From: Pseudomonadota bacterium
GTDB taxonomy: Bacteria > Pseudomonadota > Gammaproteobacteria > Burkholderiales > Methylophilaceae
DNA length: 64,000 nt
Assembly (NCBI GenBank): GCA_041180025.1
Contig: JBEGSH010000073.1
Span: 6,773-70,772 of the forward strand
Reading direction: 5' to 3'
Under the pieces are notes generated by a model. That model did not search any database and was not told the origin of the DNA. It saw only the letters and a list, made by a program, of their open reading frames with translations. Of this stretch, positions 63,906 through 64,000 are shown one piece after another. How positions within the stretch are numbered: position 1 is the first letter of the stretch; each line of letters starts with the position of its first letter. The position numbers and the translations under genes were made by a program.

Positions 63906-64000
63906 TATTGTTTTTTATCATTAAATAAGTTTTTAGTGTTATCGATCGTTGTTTTGATTTTATCAGATGGAGAATTATTCACTTCTTCTGGATTTTCCCA
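63905..64000 (-). CDS. C-terminal end of a probable YhdP (AsmA-like) protein, truncated by window edge
   Basis: Open frame WENPEEVNNSPSDKIKTTIDNTKNLFNDKKQ* whose TAA overlaps the hydrolase ATG. The W..P motif and yhdP-nit1-tldD synteny fit. Confidence 0.5.
   Translation of the reverse strand, partial: WENPEEVNNSPSDKIKTTIDNTKNLFNDKKQ

Overview
AT-rich, very densely packed bacterial core chromosome with about 57 CDSs. I found no rRNA, tRNA, CRISPR array, prophage or IS element. Gene content and order point to a genome-streamlined betaproteobacterial methylotroph (Methylophilaceae, OM43/'Ca. Methylopumilus'-like; this is an inference). The supporting genes are an mxaRSACKL methanol-dehydrogenase maturation cluster without mxaFI, zwf/gnd/pgl/rpiA of the RuMP and oxidative pentose phosphate routes, and the earP-efp(R32) pair. 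Most genes are ordinary housekeeping genes and I see no clearly new multi-gene system. The best leads are: (1) LolA fused to an extra NTF2-like (Csd6 C-terminal-like) domain; (2) a minimal AddAB in which AddA lacks its nuclease domain and AddB lacks a complete Fe-S Cys set; (3) the orphan MoxR/VWA mxa cluster coupled to ygfZ; (4) a PPPP tract inside the EF-P-activating enzyme EarP; (5) tandem NtrC-like boxes upstream of a glnK-less amt with no sigma-54 promoter; (6) all ten convergent gene junctions overlap or abut, leaving no room for terminators. Product calls come from motif recognition in the translations; no database search was run.
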